Below are positions 1 to 8,806 of a stretch of DNA of 64,000 nt, piece after piece. The notes under the pieces are model-generated. The model was not told the origin of the DNA. It searched no databases and saw only the letters and a program-made list of their open reading frames with translations. Source of the DNA: a virus; IMG/VR virus record IMGVR_UViG_3300042731_005935, positions 19,164 to 83,163 of that record; one strand, given 5' to 3'. The translations under genes were made by a program, and so were the position numbers. Positions within the stretch are counted from its first letter, which is position 1. The number at the start of each line of letters is the position of its first letter.

Positions 1-213
1 ATGAAGACCTGTTGTGATTTCGGTCCGGAAGACTTGGTTAAGTTGACTCCTTCTCAAATTCGCGAAATTTACGATGGTTTCAAAAAAGTGAATTCGGATT
101 TTTTATCTTCGTTAAAAGCACTGGGGGTGGCGGAAGCCCTGGTAAATATCAGGGACGTAGCTCTCAATCGCTTTTCAAAAATGCTTGTCACCTTGTTGAA
201 TCAGGACATGTAA
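1..213 (+). CDS. Tail assembly chaperone (lambda gpG-like), 5'-truncated by the window edge
   Basis: Lies directly upstream of the tape measure gene; has a VNSDFL motif containing a T TTT TTA slippery heptamer. Confidence 0.7.
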   Translation: MKTCCDFGPEDLVKLTPSQIREIYDGFKKVNSDFLSSLKALGVAEALVNIRDVALNRFSKMLVTLLNQDM

Positions 214-365
214 ATGTCTTCCAATACGGCTTTTCATTTTTTCTCCAAGCGTTGAATGAGCATCAAATTATTTCCAACATTCAACGAAAAAACATGGCTA
301 TTGCCATGCGGGTTGCCCGATGGGCGTCTGATAGAGAATGGAAGAAATTCATGAAAAGGAAGTAA
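99..365 (+). CDS. -1 frameshift extension of the tail chaperone (gpGT-like)
   Basis: The -1 frame is open from TTTTTTA (99-105) to TAA at 363-365, 1 nt before the tape measure ATG; it encodes ...ACHLVESGHVNVFQYGFSFFLQAL... Confidence 0.7.
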   Translation, partial: FFIFVKSTGGGGSPGKYQGRSSQSLFKNACHLVESGHVNVFQYGFSFFLQALNEHQIISNIQRKNMAIAMRVARWASDREWKKFMKRK

Positions 366-366
366 A

Positions 367-3300
367 ATGACCGAACGACTGGATATAATAGTCCGGATTA
401 GAGATGCCGCCCAAGCTGGAGTGCGGTCGGTTAAAAAGGGTCTTGCAGGAATCGGAAGTACTGCTTCAGCAACAACTGGAGCAATCCGTGGAATGTATGG
501 ACAACTTGCAGCCGTCACCGCACTCTTTGCCGGTGGAGCATTTCTTGGCAGCGCCGTCAAAACTTTTACCCAGTTTGATGATGTAATGAGGCAAGCTGGT
601 GCTGTAACAAATGCCACCAAGGGAGAAATGGAGGCGATGACGGAGCAGGCAAAAGAAATGGGTAAGACAACTCGTTTTACTGCTTCCGATGCTGCCAATG
701 GTTTGCGTTTGCTCGGTATGGCGGGGTTTGAAGCCAGTGAATCTACCGCAGCACTTCCTGGAGTACTTAATCTCGCTGCCGCTGGTAGTATTGATCTTGG
801 AACTGCGGCAGATATTGCAACGAATGTCTTGGCTGGCTTTGGTTTAGAAGTGGAGAATTTAGGTCAGGTTAATGATGTTCTGGTTCAAACTTTTACTTCT
901 TCAAACACTACCATCACCGAACTTGGCGAAGCGTTTAAACTTGTTGGCCCAATTGCAAAAGGTGTTGGATCAAATTTTGAAGACTTATTCGCCGCGATTG
1001 GAAAGTTAGGTGATGCAGGTCTGAAAGGAACACTTGCCGGTACAGCATTAAGAGGAGCAATCAACGCCCTATTGAATCCAACCAAAGAAGAAGAGAAATT
1101 AATGGAAGGATTGCAAAAACGTCTTGGCGGAGTTGCTCTAAAAGTCAAAGATGCCGAAGGAAATTTTATTGGCTTTACTTCGATTATCAAGCAATTGGAG
1201 GATGCTGGCTTAAAAGGAGATGAAGCCCTCAAGCTTTTTGGATTGAGGGCTGGGCCAGGTATGGCAGCATTATTAAACCAGGGCTCGGAAGCACTTGCAG
1301 AACTTGAACGTAAAATAAATAATGCTGGTGGAGTAAGTGAAGAAATTGCTGATAAGATGGAGTCAGGAATCGGTGGTGCGGCACGTGAGGCGGCCGCAGC
1401 ATTTGAGGCGGTAAAGATTGCTATCGGAGAAGCATTTTCGGAAGATATTATTAAGGCAATTAGAGGGTTCCGCGATCGGATGCTTGAGGTTATTGATATT
1501 ATCAAGCAATTAAAAAAAGAAGGAACCCTTAAAGCATATGTTGACGCGGTGTCCGCAACATTAAATTTTCTTGGCAGGAGAATTGAAGAAATTACAACCG
1601 GATTTAAGGAACTTACCAAGGTTATAGTTGCGGGAATTGCTGCAATAAATGGAGATTTAGGAATAGCAAAGGAGGCATTAAAAGATATTGGGTCTGATTT
1701 CGATAGACTTCTTGTTAAGAGGGGTTTACTTGAATCACAAACCAAGAGAGAGTCAATGGCAATAAAGGAGCAAATTAATGCCATTCAAAATCAAATTGTT
1801 ATCTCTGAAAAGAAAATAGAGCAGGATAAAGAGGATCTGAACGGTTGGAGGGCCAAAATTGCAGGTTCCAAAGTTTATCAGAAACAACTTGAAAAACACC
1901 AAAGGCAGTTACAATCATTATATGATGAGCTTGACAAACTTAATAAGAAGAAAACACAAATTGATGTTAAATTAAATATTGAACAAATAAAAGAGGAAGG
2001 GGAGTATATTGATTATTGGGCAAGAAGTGTTGGTAAAAAATTAGAAGAAGAGTCAAAGCCAAGCGGTCCGATTGGAACCGGCGGGAAGAAAGTTGCAGAG
2101 ACAATTGCGGAGTCAATTGTTCCTGATTCTCCAACAATGGAAGCATTAATGAAAGCCGGTCTCACCAAACTCACTGCTACACTTCAGACAGAAGCAGCAA
2201 AGATTGAAGGCCAGTATGACCAGAATTTGATTTCTCTTGATGAATATTTCAATCAAAGGCGAACATTGATTGAGAGGAGAATTCAACAGGAACTCGCTCT
2301 CCTTAGAGCCCAGGCGGAATCGGAGACTGATACCGACAAACGTGCCTTAATTAATGCTCAGATATTCGCCAAAGAGCAACAACTCCAAACAGCCTTACTC
2401 CAGTTGGAGAATGAACGCTATGAGGAACAAGATCGATTAAAACAAGATCAACTCCGAAAAGAGGATCAACTCAATAACCTCCGGTTAAAAGCAGAGAAGG
2501 CATTTCAGGATCAAAAGGCTCGGGTTGCTGGTGGTCCTTCGTTTGGTCTTGAAGCTACATTCTTGGAAGAACAAGCAAAACTCCAGCAGCGTCAGAATGC
2601 GGAACTTGCAGCAATCCAAGAATTTTATTCCCAAAAACTCCAATTACTCCGGGAGAATAAAGCTGCCGAAGCTGAAATCGAAGCAGCTTTTCAGGAACAG
2701 AAGGCTTCAATTGAAGAACAACACAGGTTACAACAGAAGGAGAAGATTAGATTAACGCAAGACCAGGAACAACGCCTGGCCGAATATAGACTCAACAATA
2801 TTGCTCAGACAGCGCAAGGAGTCTCCCAAATCTTCACCCAATTGTATCAGTTAACTGGGAAGAAACAGAAAGAATTCTTTTACATTGCCAAAGCGGCAGC
2901 AATCGCAGAGGCAACCATAAATGTAGCACAAGGTGTTACTAAAGCTTTAGCGCAGGGTGGCTTCTTTGGAATTATTACGGGTACTCTTGTCGCAGCCGCA
3001 GGCGCAATTCAGATTGCTACAATTGCAAATCAGAGCCTTGCTGAGGGTGGCCTTGTTGCTGGTAAATCTCCAACGAAATCTTCGGATGATAAATTGATTA
3101 ATGCAACATCTGGAGAATTTATGCAGCCGGTTGATGCAGTGAATTATTATGGTCTCGGTGTTATGGAAGCAATGCGCCGAAAATCAATTCCTAAAGGAAT
3201 CTTTGATGGATTTTCTATGCCTGGGGTTCGATACGGAACGAGCCACTTTGCAGAGGGTGGAGCAGTTAAAGCACAAAACAGTGGTATTGGAGATACCAAG

Positions 3301-3462
3301 AATGATACGAAAAAAGGACAACAAACAAATATTGTAAACGTACTTGATCCGGCTGTGTTTGAGCAGTGGTCAAGCAGTACTCCCGGCCAGCGCAATATTT
3401 TGAATGTATTGTCTCAAAATATCTTCGAAGTCAGGCAGATGGTTTTTGATAACCAAAGTTAA
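367..3462 (+). CDS. Tail tape measure protein (TP901-like core)
   Basis: 1031 aa, Ala/Gly-rich helical; MGKTTRFTASDAA, LPGVLNLAAAG and GLKGTLAGTALR motifs; C-terminal FAEGG. Confidence 0.95.
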   Translation: MTERLDIIVRIRDAAQAGVRSVKKGLAGIGSTASATTGAIRGMYGQLAAVTALFAGGAFLGSAVKTFTQFDDVMRQAGAVTNATKGEMEAMTEQAKEMGKTTRFTASDAANGLRLLGMAGFEASESTAALPGVLNLAAAGSIDLGTAADIATNVLAGFGLEVENLGQVNDVLVQTFTSSNTTITELGEAFKLVGPIAKGVGSNFEDLFAAIGKLGDAGLKGTLAGTALRGAINALLNPTKEEEKLMEGLQKRLGGVALKVKDAEGNFIGFTSIIKQLEDAGLKGDEALKLFGLRAGPGMAALLNQGSEALAELERKINNAGGVSEEIADKMESGIGGAAREAAAAFEAVKIAIGEAFSEDIIKAIRGFRDRMLEVIDIIKQLKKEGTLKAYVDAVSATLNFLGRRIEEITTGFKELTKVIVAGIAAINGDLGIAKEALKDIGSDFDRLLVKRGLLESQTKRESMAIKEQINAIQNQIVISEKKIEQDKEDLNGWRAKIAGSKVYQKQLEKHQRQLQSLYDELDKLNKKKTQIDVKLNIEQIKEEGEYIDYWARSVGKKLEEESKPSGPIGTGGKKVAETIAESIVPDSPTMEALMKAGLTKLTATLQTEAAKIEGQYDQNLISLDEYFNQRRTLIERRIQQELALLRAQAESETDTDKRALINAQIFAKEQQLQTALLQLENERYEEQDRLKQDQLRKEDQLNNLRLKAEKAFQDQKARVAGGPSFGLEATFLEEQAKLQQRQNAELAAIQEFYSQKLQLLRENKAAEAEIEAAFQEQKASIEEQHRLQQKEKIRLTQDQEQRLAEYRLNNIAQTAQGVSQIFTQLYQLTGKKQKEFFYIAKAAAIAEATINVAQGVTKALAQGGFFGIITGTLVAAAGAIQIATIANQSLAEGGLVAGKSPTKSSDDKLINATSGEFMQPVDAVNYYGLGVMEAMRRKSIPKGIFDGFSMPGVRYGTSHFAEGGAVKAQNSGIGDTKNDTKKGQQTNIVNVLDPAVFEQWSSSTPGQRNILNVLSQNIFEVRQMVFDNQS

Positions 3463-3472
3463 GGAGTAAATT

Positions 3473-4786
3473 ATGCCTTTAAATGGAGCAATTCAGACAG
3501 GAACAGTCACCAGTTTCTCCGGTGCAAACGGACTTTTGCAGGCTTTGTTGGATTTTGTGGCTGGAACAAAAGTAACAGGAGCAACAACGACTGGTTCTGG
3601 CTCAGGACCATACACGGCAACCTTGACCACTACTGTTGGTTTAGGATCTGTTATCATCAATTATACAGTTGGCGGGATAGATTTCGAGGCACAAGATGAT
3701 GGTGCGAACGGCTTAAATGATGCAACAGATGGATATATCTCTTCAGGATCGATTGATTATGGAACCGGAGCGTTTACAGTAACTTTTACCACAACACCAG
3801 ATGCAAATCCAACAATTGATTATGTACACGGAGATGATGGTCAGGACTGGGAAATTAAATATCAACGTAATACGAGAGATAGCGATAAGTTAACACCAGA
3901 GGAGCCATTCGGAAGTGATTGTGAGGAGGTTATTCTACACAACCGTGGACTATCTGGTGCTGAGAATGTTCTGATTGGTATCCGTGAATGGAAGTATGTT
4001 GCTGGCGCTGCATATGGTTGGGATCTTACTGGCTATCAGGCATACACGGATGGGATGTATTGGGGAAAGACAATCATTGATGATTTGTCTCTTGATTATG
4101 ATTCATTATGGGATCATTTTGATGATACTCCAATCCTCCCGCTCATTGATGATACAATGTACTACTGGTTTTATAGTAACCGTCAGCGCATAGTTGTTAT
4201 AGTAAAAGTACAGAGCAATTATGAATGTTGTTACATGGGTTTCGCAAACCGCTTCGGGAATCCAGAAGATTATCCATATCCGCTTGTTATTAAGGGTTGT
4301 GGATATGGTAATATCAACAACACAAGTACTTCACAAAGTAACCATTCATATATACCGTATGGACCATCTAATGGAACAGAAATGCTCCATAATGTTCTTC
4401 CTAACAATGCTTGGAGTATAAACTGGGGAACAGGATCGACCTACTTTGCAACATGGCTGTTCCCAACGGCGAATTGGGCAGATACAGGACAGATGTACGA
4501 GGCTCCGGCTAAGAAGGAAGTAATGATGACTCCTGTTATTGGTATGAATGCGCTAATAAATGCTGGACTTTGGGAACTGGATGGAGTATATCATGTTTCC
4601 GGTATCGGTGTCCAATCCGAAGACTACATTCGGGCGCATGATGGAATAAAGTACCGGGCTTTTCAGGATATTGCCAGAATAGAATACGACGATTGGATGG
4701 GTGTGGCAGAAATAGAATTTACTACCACAAGCACTTCTACAACCACAACAACTACTACATCAAGTACCACAACAACTACAGTATAG
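3473..4786 (+). CDS. Virion/tail structural protein with C-terminal poly-Thr/Ser tail
   Basis: Follows the tape measure gene, RBS AAGGAG; beta-rich; ends TTTSTSTTTTTTTSSTTTTTV. Confidence 0.7.
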   Translation: MPLNGAIQTGTVTSFSGANGLLQALLDFVAGTKVTGATTTGSGSGPYTATLTTTVGLGSVIINYTVGGIDFEAQDDGANGLNDATDGYISSGSIDYGTGAFTVTFTTTPDANPTIDYVHGDDGQDWEIKYQRNTRDSDKLTPEEPFGSDCEEVILHNRGLSGAENVLIGIREWKYVAGAAYGWDLTGYQAYTDGMYWGKTIIDDLSLDYDSLWDHFDDTPILPLIDDTMYYWFYSNRQRIVVIVKVQSNYECCYMGFANRFGNPEDYPYPLVIKGCGYGNINNTSTSQSNHSYIPYGPSNGTEMLHNVLPNNAWSINWGTGSTYFATWLFPTANWADTGQMYEAPAKKEVMMTPVIGMNALINAGLWELDGVYHVSGIGVQSEDYIRAHDGIKYRAFQDIARIEYDDWMGVAEIEFTTTSTSTTTTTTTSSTTTTTV

Positions 4787-4790
4787 GAGA
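4757..4790 (+). repeat. 34-bp exact repeat, copy 1 (end of Thr tail + stop + RBS)
   Basis: ACATCAAGTACCACAACAACTACAGTATAGGAGA, identical to 11345-11378. Confidence 0.9.
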
Positions 4791-4798
4791 AGCGAGTC

Positions 4799-5740
4799 AT
4801 GCCGTATGTACTTTCAGAATCAATACACTATAATCCGACTGATACAAAAGAAGCTATTGACTACATACGCCAGTTTGCCTTATCCGTTGGGTGGACCGTA
4901 GATACATGGGTTACCGGAGAGCCGACGCAATTACAATTGTGGTCTCCTGGTTATGTTGCACAAGAACTTTGCTACCGAATCCAGGTAGTGGATGTTGATG
5001 CTCAGGAGCAAACATTATCATTGAAGGGGGTTGTGCCCGGGTATCGTTCAACAAGTTTTTCAGTTACAGACTCAGTATCTACCTGGGGTGGTAACAGTAC
5101 ATCATATTACAACACCTCTCTTACAGCCTCTTTTTTTGATGCGTTATATTTGTATGGTAATAAGCATTTTATTTGCGCTATTTTCCATGTAGATCCGATT
5201 GCTGTGATTACTCTTCAGATTGGTTCATGGGATCTTTATCCAAGTTGGTGGTATTATAGCCCTGGTATAAACTTTGTATACAACCCACAGGATAATTGGG
5301 GGTCTTCCTCTACATATAAATGGTATAATATGACAAGTAATCCGACTCGTTGGGCACCACCAATGTCCCAGAGATGGTCTATTTCGTTAGGGTCCAATGT
5401 GTGGTATGAAGGAGCAAAGAGAGGATCATCAGATTATGCTTGTAACTACAGGCCAGCAGCCGATATTTCTCTTGGTTTAGAAGCAGGAGAATTTAATCGA
5501 GCGAAAGGAATCTTAACCTATAATAGTTATACAGCAAAGAGGATGGCTTTTCAATCATCCTTCTTTGTTAGAAACCCATCACTTGGTATTTGGTACCCAG
5601 TTGGTGTTAGTCCATTTGCATGGATAAATGGTAGGAACCTGACTATTGGAGAAGTAGTTAAGTTTGGAGCAGATGAATACAGATGCTTCCCAGGGGTATT
5701 CAGTACTTATGAACACTGGCAAGCGTATAGGATTGCATAA
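4799..5740 (+). CDS. Virion/tail structural protein
   Basis: Tail operon context; aromatic and beta-rich; coupled to the next gene (TAATG). Confidence 0.6.
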   Translation: MPYVLSESIHYNPTDTKEAIDYIRQFALSVGWTVDTWVTGEPTQLQLWSPGYVAQELCYRIQVVDVDAQEQTLSLKGVVPGYRSTSFSVTDSVSTWGGNSTSYYNTSLTASFFDALYLYGNKHFICAIFHVDPIAVITLQIGSWDLYPSWWYYSPGINFVYNPQDNWGSSSTYKWYNMTSNPTRWAPPMSQRWSISLGSNVWYEGAKRGSSDYACNYRPAADISLGLEAGEFNRAKGILTYNSYTAKRMAFQSSFFVRNPSLGIWYPVGVSPFAWINGRNLTIGEVVKFGADEYRCFPGVFSTYEHWQAYRIA

Positions 5741-6840
5741 TGGCAAATGATGGAGCTATAAACTCAATAATCAATGGGATTGAACGCACTATTGTTCGGA
5801 AGAATTATGAGCAGCAGTATGCTGATAGAACACCTGTGCTTCAAAATCCAATTGTTAATAAGATCTGTGCCGTGTATACAACAATAGGAGAATCTGAGAA
5901 GAGAAGACAAACTCCTGTCATAACACCAGCTCAGGACAATCATGCTGGGCTATTTTCTACAGACCCTGGCGGAGGCTTTTTCTTTGAGAGGGTTTGGGTA
6001 GAACCCTTGCTTTTTGCTTTACAATTTATTACAGAAGATAACGAATATGAAATCAAGATCTGGAACGCATACCGTTCAAAGAATGTTCAAACCACTTCTG
6101 TTATCGTTCTAAATCAGGAAGGTACTAATTTAACATATCCTACACTTCCTGATACAATTAATATTTTTGGTGATACAATTTACACACTTGACGTCTATGG
6201 AGATGGACCACCGCTACAGGACACTTCTTATACCCTTACTATTGACGGTGAGGAATATGTAATTGAAATAACTGGCATTCGGATCATTCCATTTGATCTT
6301 GATCCGAATTGGGATGAAAATTTGCAATTTACATATGATTTTGCTACAACCATCTGGTCAAATGATAGATTCACGGAACAACGGAGACCTTTGAGCCGAG
6401 AAAGTTGGTTTACAATGGTTGCATCTTTTGACGCTTCTGGTGCCCGTAATCGGAAGGTGATGAATCTTCTTGGATATGGAAAAGATAAAGTATTTGGTAT
6501 TCCAGTCTTTACAGAGAAGATGACGCCAGTGTCAGCGGCGGCTGAATCTTCAACTATAATAGTAAATGAAGATTTTACATACTTCTACAATTTAAAGAGT
6601 CGGGCTGGATATATTATCATTGTTGATCATAATGTAGGGCAAGCGGAGATTAAAGTGATATCGAGCCTAACAGGAACAAACCAGATTGACCTAACCCAGC
6701 CGATCTCCGCAACATTTGATTTGAAGTATACATATATATATCCATGCATGTTTGTTATCATTAATTCATTTTCAGGCAATAATATTACGGATGATTTTGA
6801 TAATGTGAAGATAAACTTTAAGGAGTTTAAAAGTGGTTGA
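5740..6840 (+). CDS. Tail structural protein
   Basis: Tail operon context, overlapping start/stop codons. Confidence 0.6.
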   Translation: MANDGAINSIINGIERTIVRKNYEQQYADRTPVLQNPIVNKICAVYTTIGESEKRRQTPVITPAQDNHAGLFSTDPGGGFFFERVWVEPLLFALQFITEDNEYEIKIWNAYRSKNVQTTSVIVLNQEGTNLTYPTLPDTINIFGDTIYTLDVYGDGPPLQDTSYTLTIDGEEYVIEITGIRIIPFDLDPNWDENLQFTYDFATTIWSNDRFTEQRRPLSRESWFTMVASFDASGARNRKVMNLLGYGKDKVFGIPVFTEKMTPVSAAAESSTIIVNEDFTYFYNLKSRAGYIIIVDHNVGQAEIKVISSLTGTNQIDLTQPISATFDLKYTYIYPCMFVIINSFSGNNITDDFDNVKINFKEFKSG

Positions 6841-7471
6841 TAGTCTTCTTGACATCGGTGGTGAACCTGAATTCCCACTATCCATTGATTGGAGTAGCCA
6901 GCCTAGTTATAATTTTCAAATCAGCAGGTACCTATTCGAAGGGCGCGGAACAGCATCTAAGATTGAGGAGAAAAACCCGGAGACACCAATTAGCTTTGAA
7001 GCAAAGTTTTATGTTGGGGACCGTGAGACTGAATATGCTTTTCTGGACTTTATTCATACAACTGTTGGAAGAACAAACCGCTTTTGGCTTAGATATCCAA
7101 AACAGTCGTTTATCCCAACGGAAGGACTTTCAAACGGTTCTATGATTTTAAAGGTTGAACCAAATAATTTTGATCTATTTCACGTTGGACATGAACGGAT
7201 ATATATCCAAACAATTTATGGGGATACAATAACAAGGCATGTTAGTAATGCGACTTATGATGCAACATTTGATGAAATAAGTCTCCAGTTGCTAACTGCA
7301 ATTGATAGAGATATCTCCTTGGATGAATTCTTAATAATTGGGAGATACTTGCTTGTAAGGTTTGATCACGATGACTTTAACATAAATGTTTTAACTGAGG
7401 ATAAATTTGACTTCTCATTAAAGTTTATTGAATTAATAAGAGATTATTCGGATCTTGCGGCTAATCCATAG
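6833..7471 (+). CDS. Tail protein (distal-tail-like)
   Basis: Lies before the DUF2163 hub gene; VGRTNRFW and LVRFDHD motifs. Confidence 0.55.
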   Translation: MVDSLLDIGGEPEFPLSIDWSSQPSYNFQISRYLFEGRGTASKIEEKNPETPISFEAKFYVGDRETEYAFLDFIHTTVGRTNRFWLRYPKQSFIPTEGLSNGSMILKVEPNNFDLFHVGHERIYIQTIYGDTITRHVSNATYDATFDEISLQLLTAIDRDISLDEFLIIGRYLLVRFDHDDFNINVLTEDKFDFSLKFIELIRDYSDLAANP

Positions 7472-7480
7472 GAGTAGAAA

Positions 7481-8290
7481 ATGGCAGAGTATGAAGAAAA
7501 TTTAGAAGCTGTACAACAATCTCCAGTACCTGAGTTTTTTCTATTCAATGCGTCAGGAACCGTTGAAAGATATACATCATACTCCTCTTCTCTTACGTTC
7601 CTTGGACAGTATTGGGCGGCTGCATCTATAACCCGTGGTGGTATTAAGCAAGATTTAAACTTTGGTGTGACAACACTTAACATTACTACTCCGATCACGC
7701 CAAATATTGCAAAGTACATCCCGAATCAGCCGGTTGAACCGGTAGATGTGACAATCTACCGTAGCCATATTGATTACCTTGACCAGTATGATATTTTTTT
7801 CAGAGGTAAGGTTAAATATGTTCAGTTGAAAGGGAAACTGGCATCGGCTCAATGTGAGGCAAAGAATAAGTATATGGCAACGAAGATTCCAAATATTATC
7901 TACCAGTCAAATTGTAACCATGATATATATGATGATGGATGCGGAGTTGACGAATTTGCATACCGTCGAACTGCGAACGTATCAAATATTGTTGGTAGTA
8001 AATTGTATTTCTCCTTCACAGATGGTGGTAGCCCTGTCTCCACCGGATACTTCACAGGTGGAAAAGTTAAATATGGCAATGATCTCCGGTTCATAACCTA
8101 TGCAACTAATACATATCTTGATCTCCATATTCCGTTTGATAGTAAAGTTGCAATTGGTACAGAAGTTTATATATATCCTGGTTGTGATGGCAATCCTGCC
8201 ACATGCGTTGGAAGATATAACAATTTGAATAACTTCTTGGGAATGCCATATATTCCTGAGACAAACCCGGTAATCTGGGGGTTTAAATAA
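7481..8290 (+). CDS. DUF2163/BR0599-family tail hub protein
   Basis: Diagnostic Cys pattern CNHDIYDDGC ... YPGCDG..TC..RYNNLNNFLGMPYIP. Confidence 0.9.
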   Translation: MAEYEENLEAVQQSPVPEFFLFNASGTVERYTSYSSSLTFLGQYWAAASITRGGIKQDLNFGVTTLNITTPITPNIAKYIPNQPVEPVDVTIYRSHIDYLDQYDIFFRGKVKYVQLKGKLASAQCEAKNKYMATKIPNIIYQSNCNHDIYDDGCGVDEFAYRRTANVSNIVGSKLYFSFTDGGSPVSTGYFTGGKVKYGNDLRFITYATNTYLDLHIPFDSKVAIGTEVYIYPGCDGNPATCVGRYNNLNNFLGMPYIPETNPVIWGFK

Positions 8291-8805
8291 TGTGGACGCC
8301 TTATTTTAATGATGATGCCATCTGGAAGAAGTATAGGGATGAAGTATTGTCCTGGGAAGGTACGCCGTATAAGCATTTGAAAATGGTAAAGGGAAGGGGA
8401 GCCGATTGTACAATGTTTATTGGGGCTCAATGGTTGTATATGGGTATCCTTAAGCAGGTGGAGTATGACTACTATCCGAAGGACTGGTACATCCATAAAC
8501 CAACAGAGTTCGTCATTCAACAATTACACTACCATTGGCAGAATTACTCAGCACCGGGTTTTGACATTTTGAAGATAGACACCCGTTATGAGAAAGACTT
8601 CATAAGAGGAGATGTGCTTTGTTTTGCTCTATCTACAACCGGAGTGACGAACCATGCAACAATTTGGTTTGGGTATTTTGATGAGACGAGGCAGCGCCGG
8701 CAAATGTATAATTCAATAAATGGTCATGGAGTCTGCAGAATGACATATGGTAGTTTTTGGAGAGATAAACTGACAACTATTTTCAGGGTGATGAGGGACG
8801 TATAA
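8290..8805 (+). CDS. NlpC/P60-family tail-associated peptidase
   Basis: WEGTPY..KGRGADC and GD..F...NH motifs; GTA-like gene order. Confidence 0.88.
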   Translation: MWTPYFNDDAIWKKYRDEVLSWEGTPYKHLKMVKGRGADCTMFIGAQWLYMGILKQVEYDYYPKDWYIHKPTEFVIQQLHYHWQNYSAPGFDILKIDTRYEKDFIRGDVLCFALSTTGVTNHATIWFGYFDETRQRRQMYNSINGHGVCRMTYGSFWRDKLTTIFRVMRDV

Positions 8806-8806
8806 G

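Noticed and set aside
234-1784. Long antisense ORFs over the tape measure gene (and similar shadows over DnaE and the AAA ATPase)
   Set aside because: Shadow frames of real genes, without RBS or motifs
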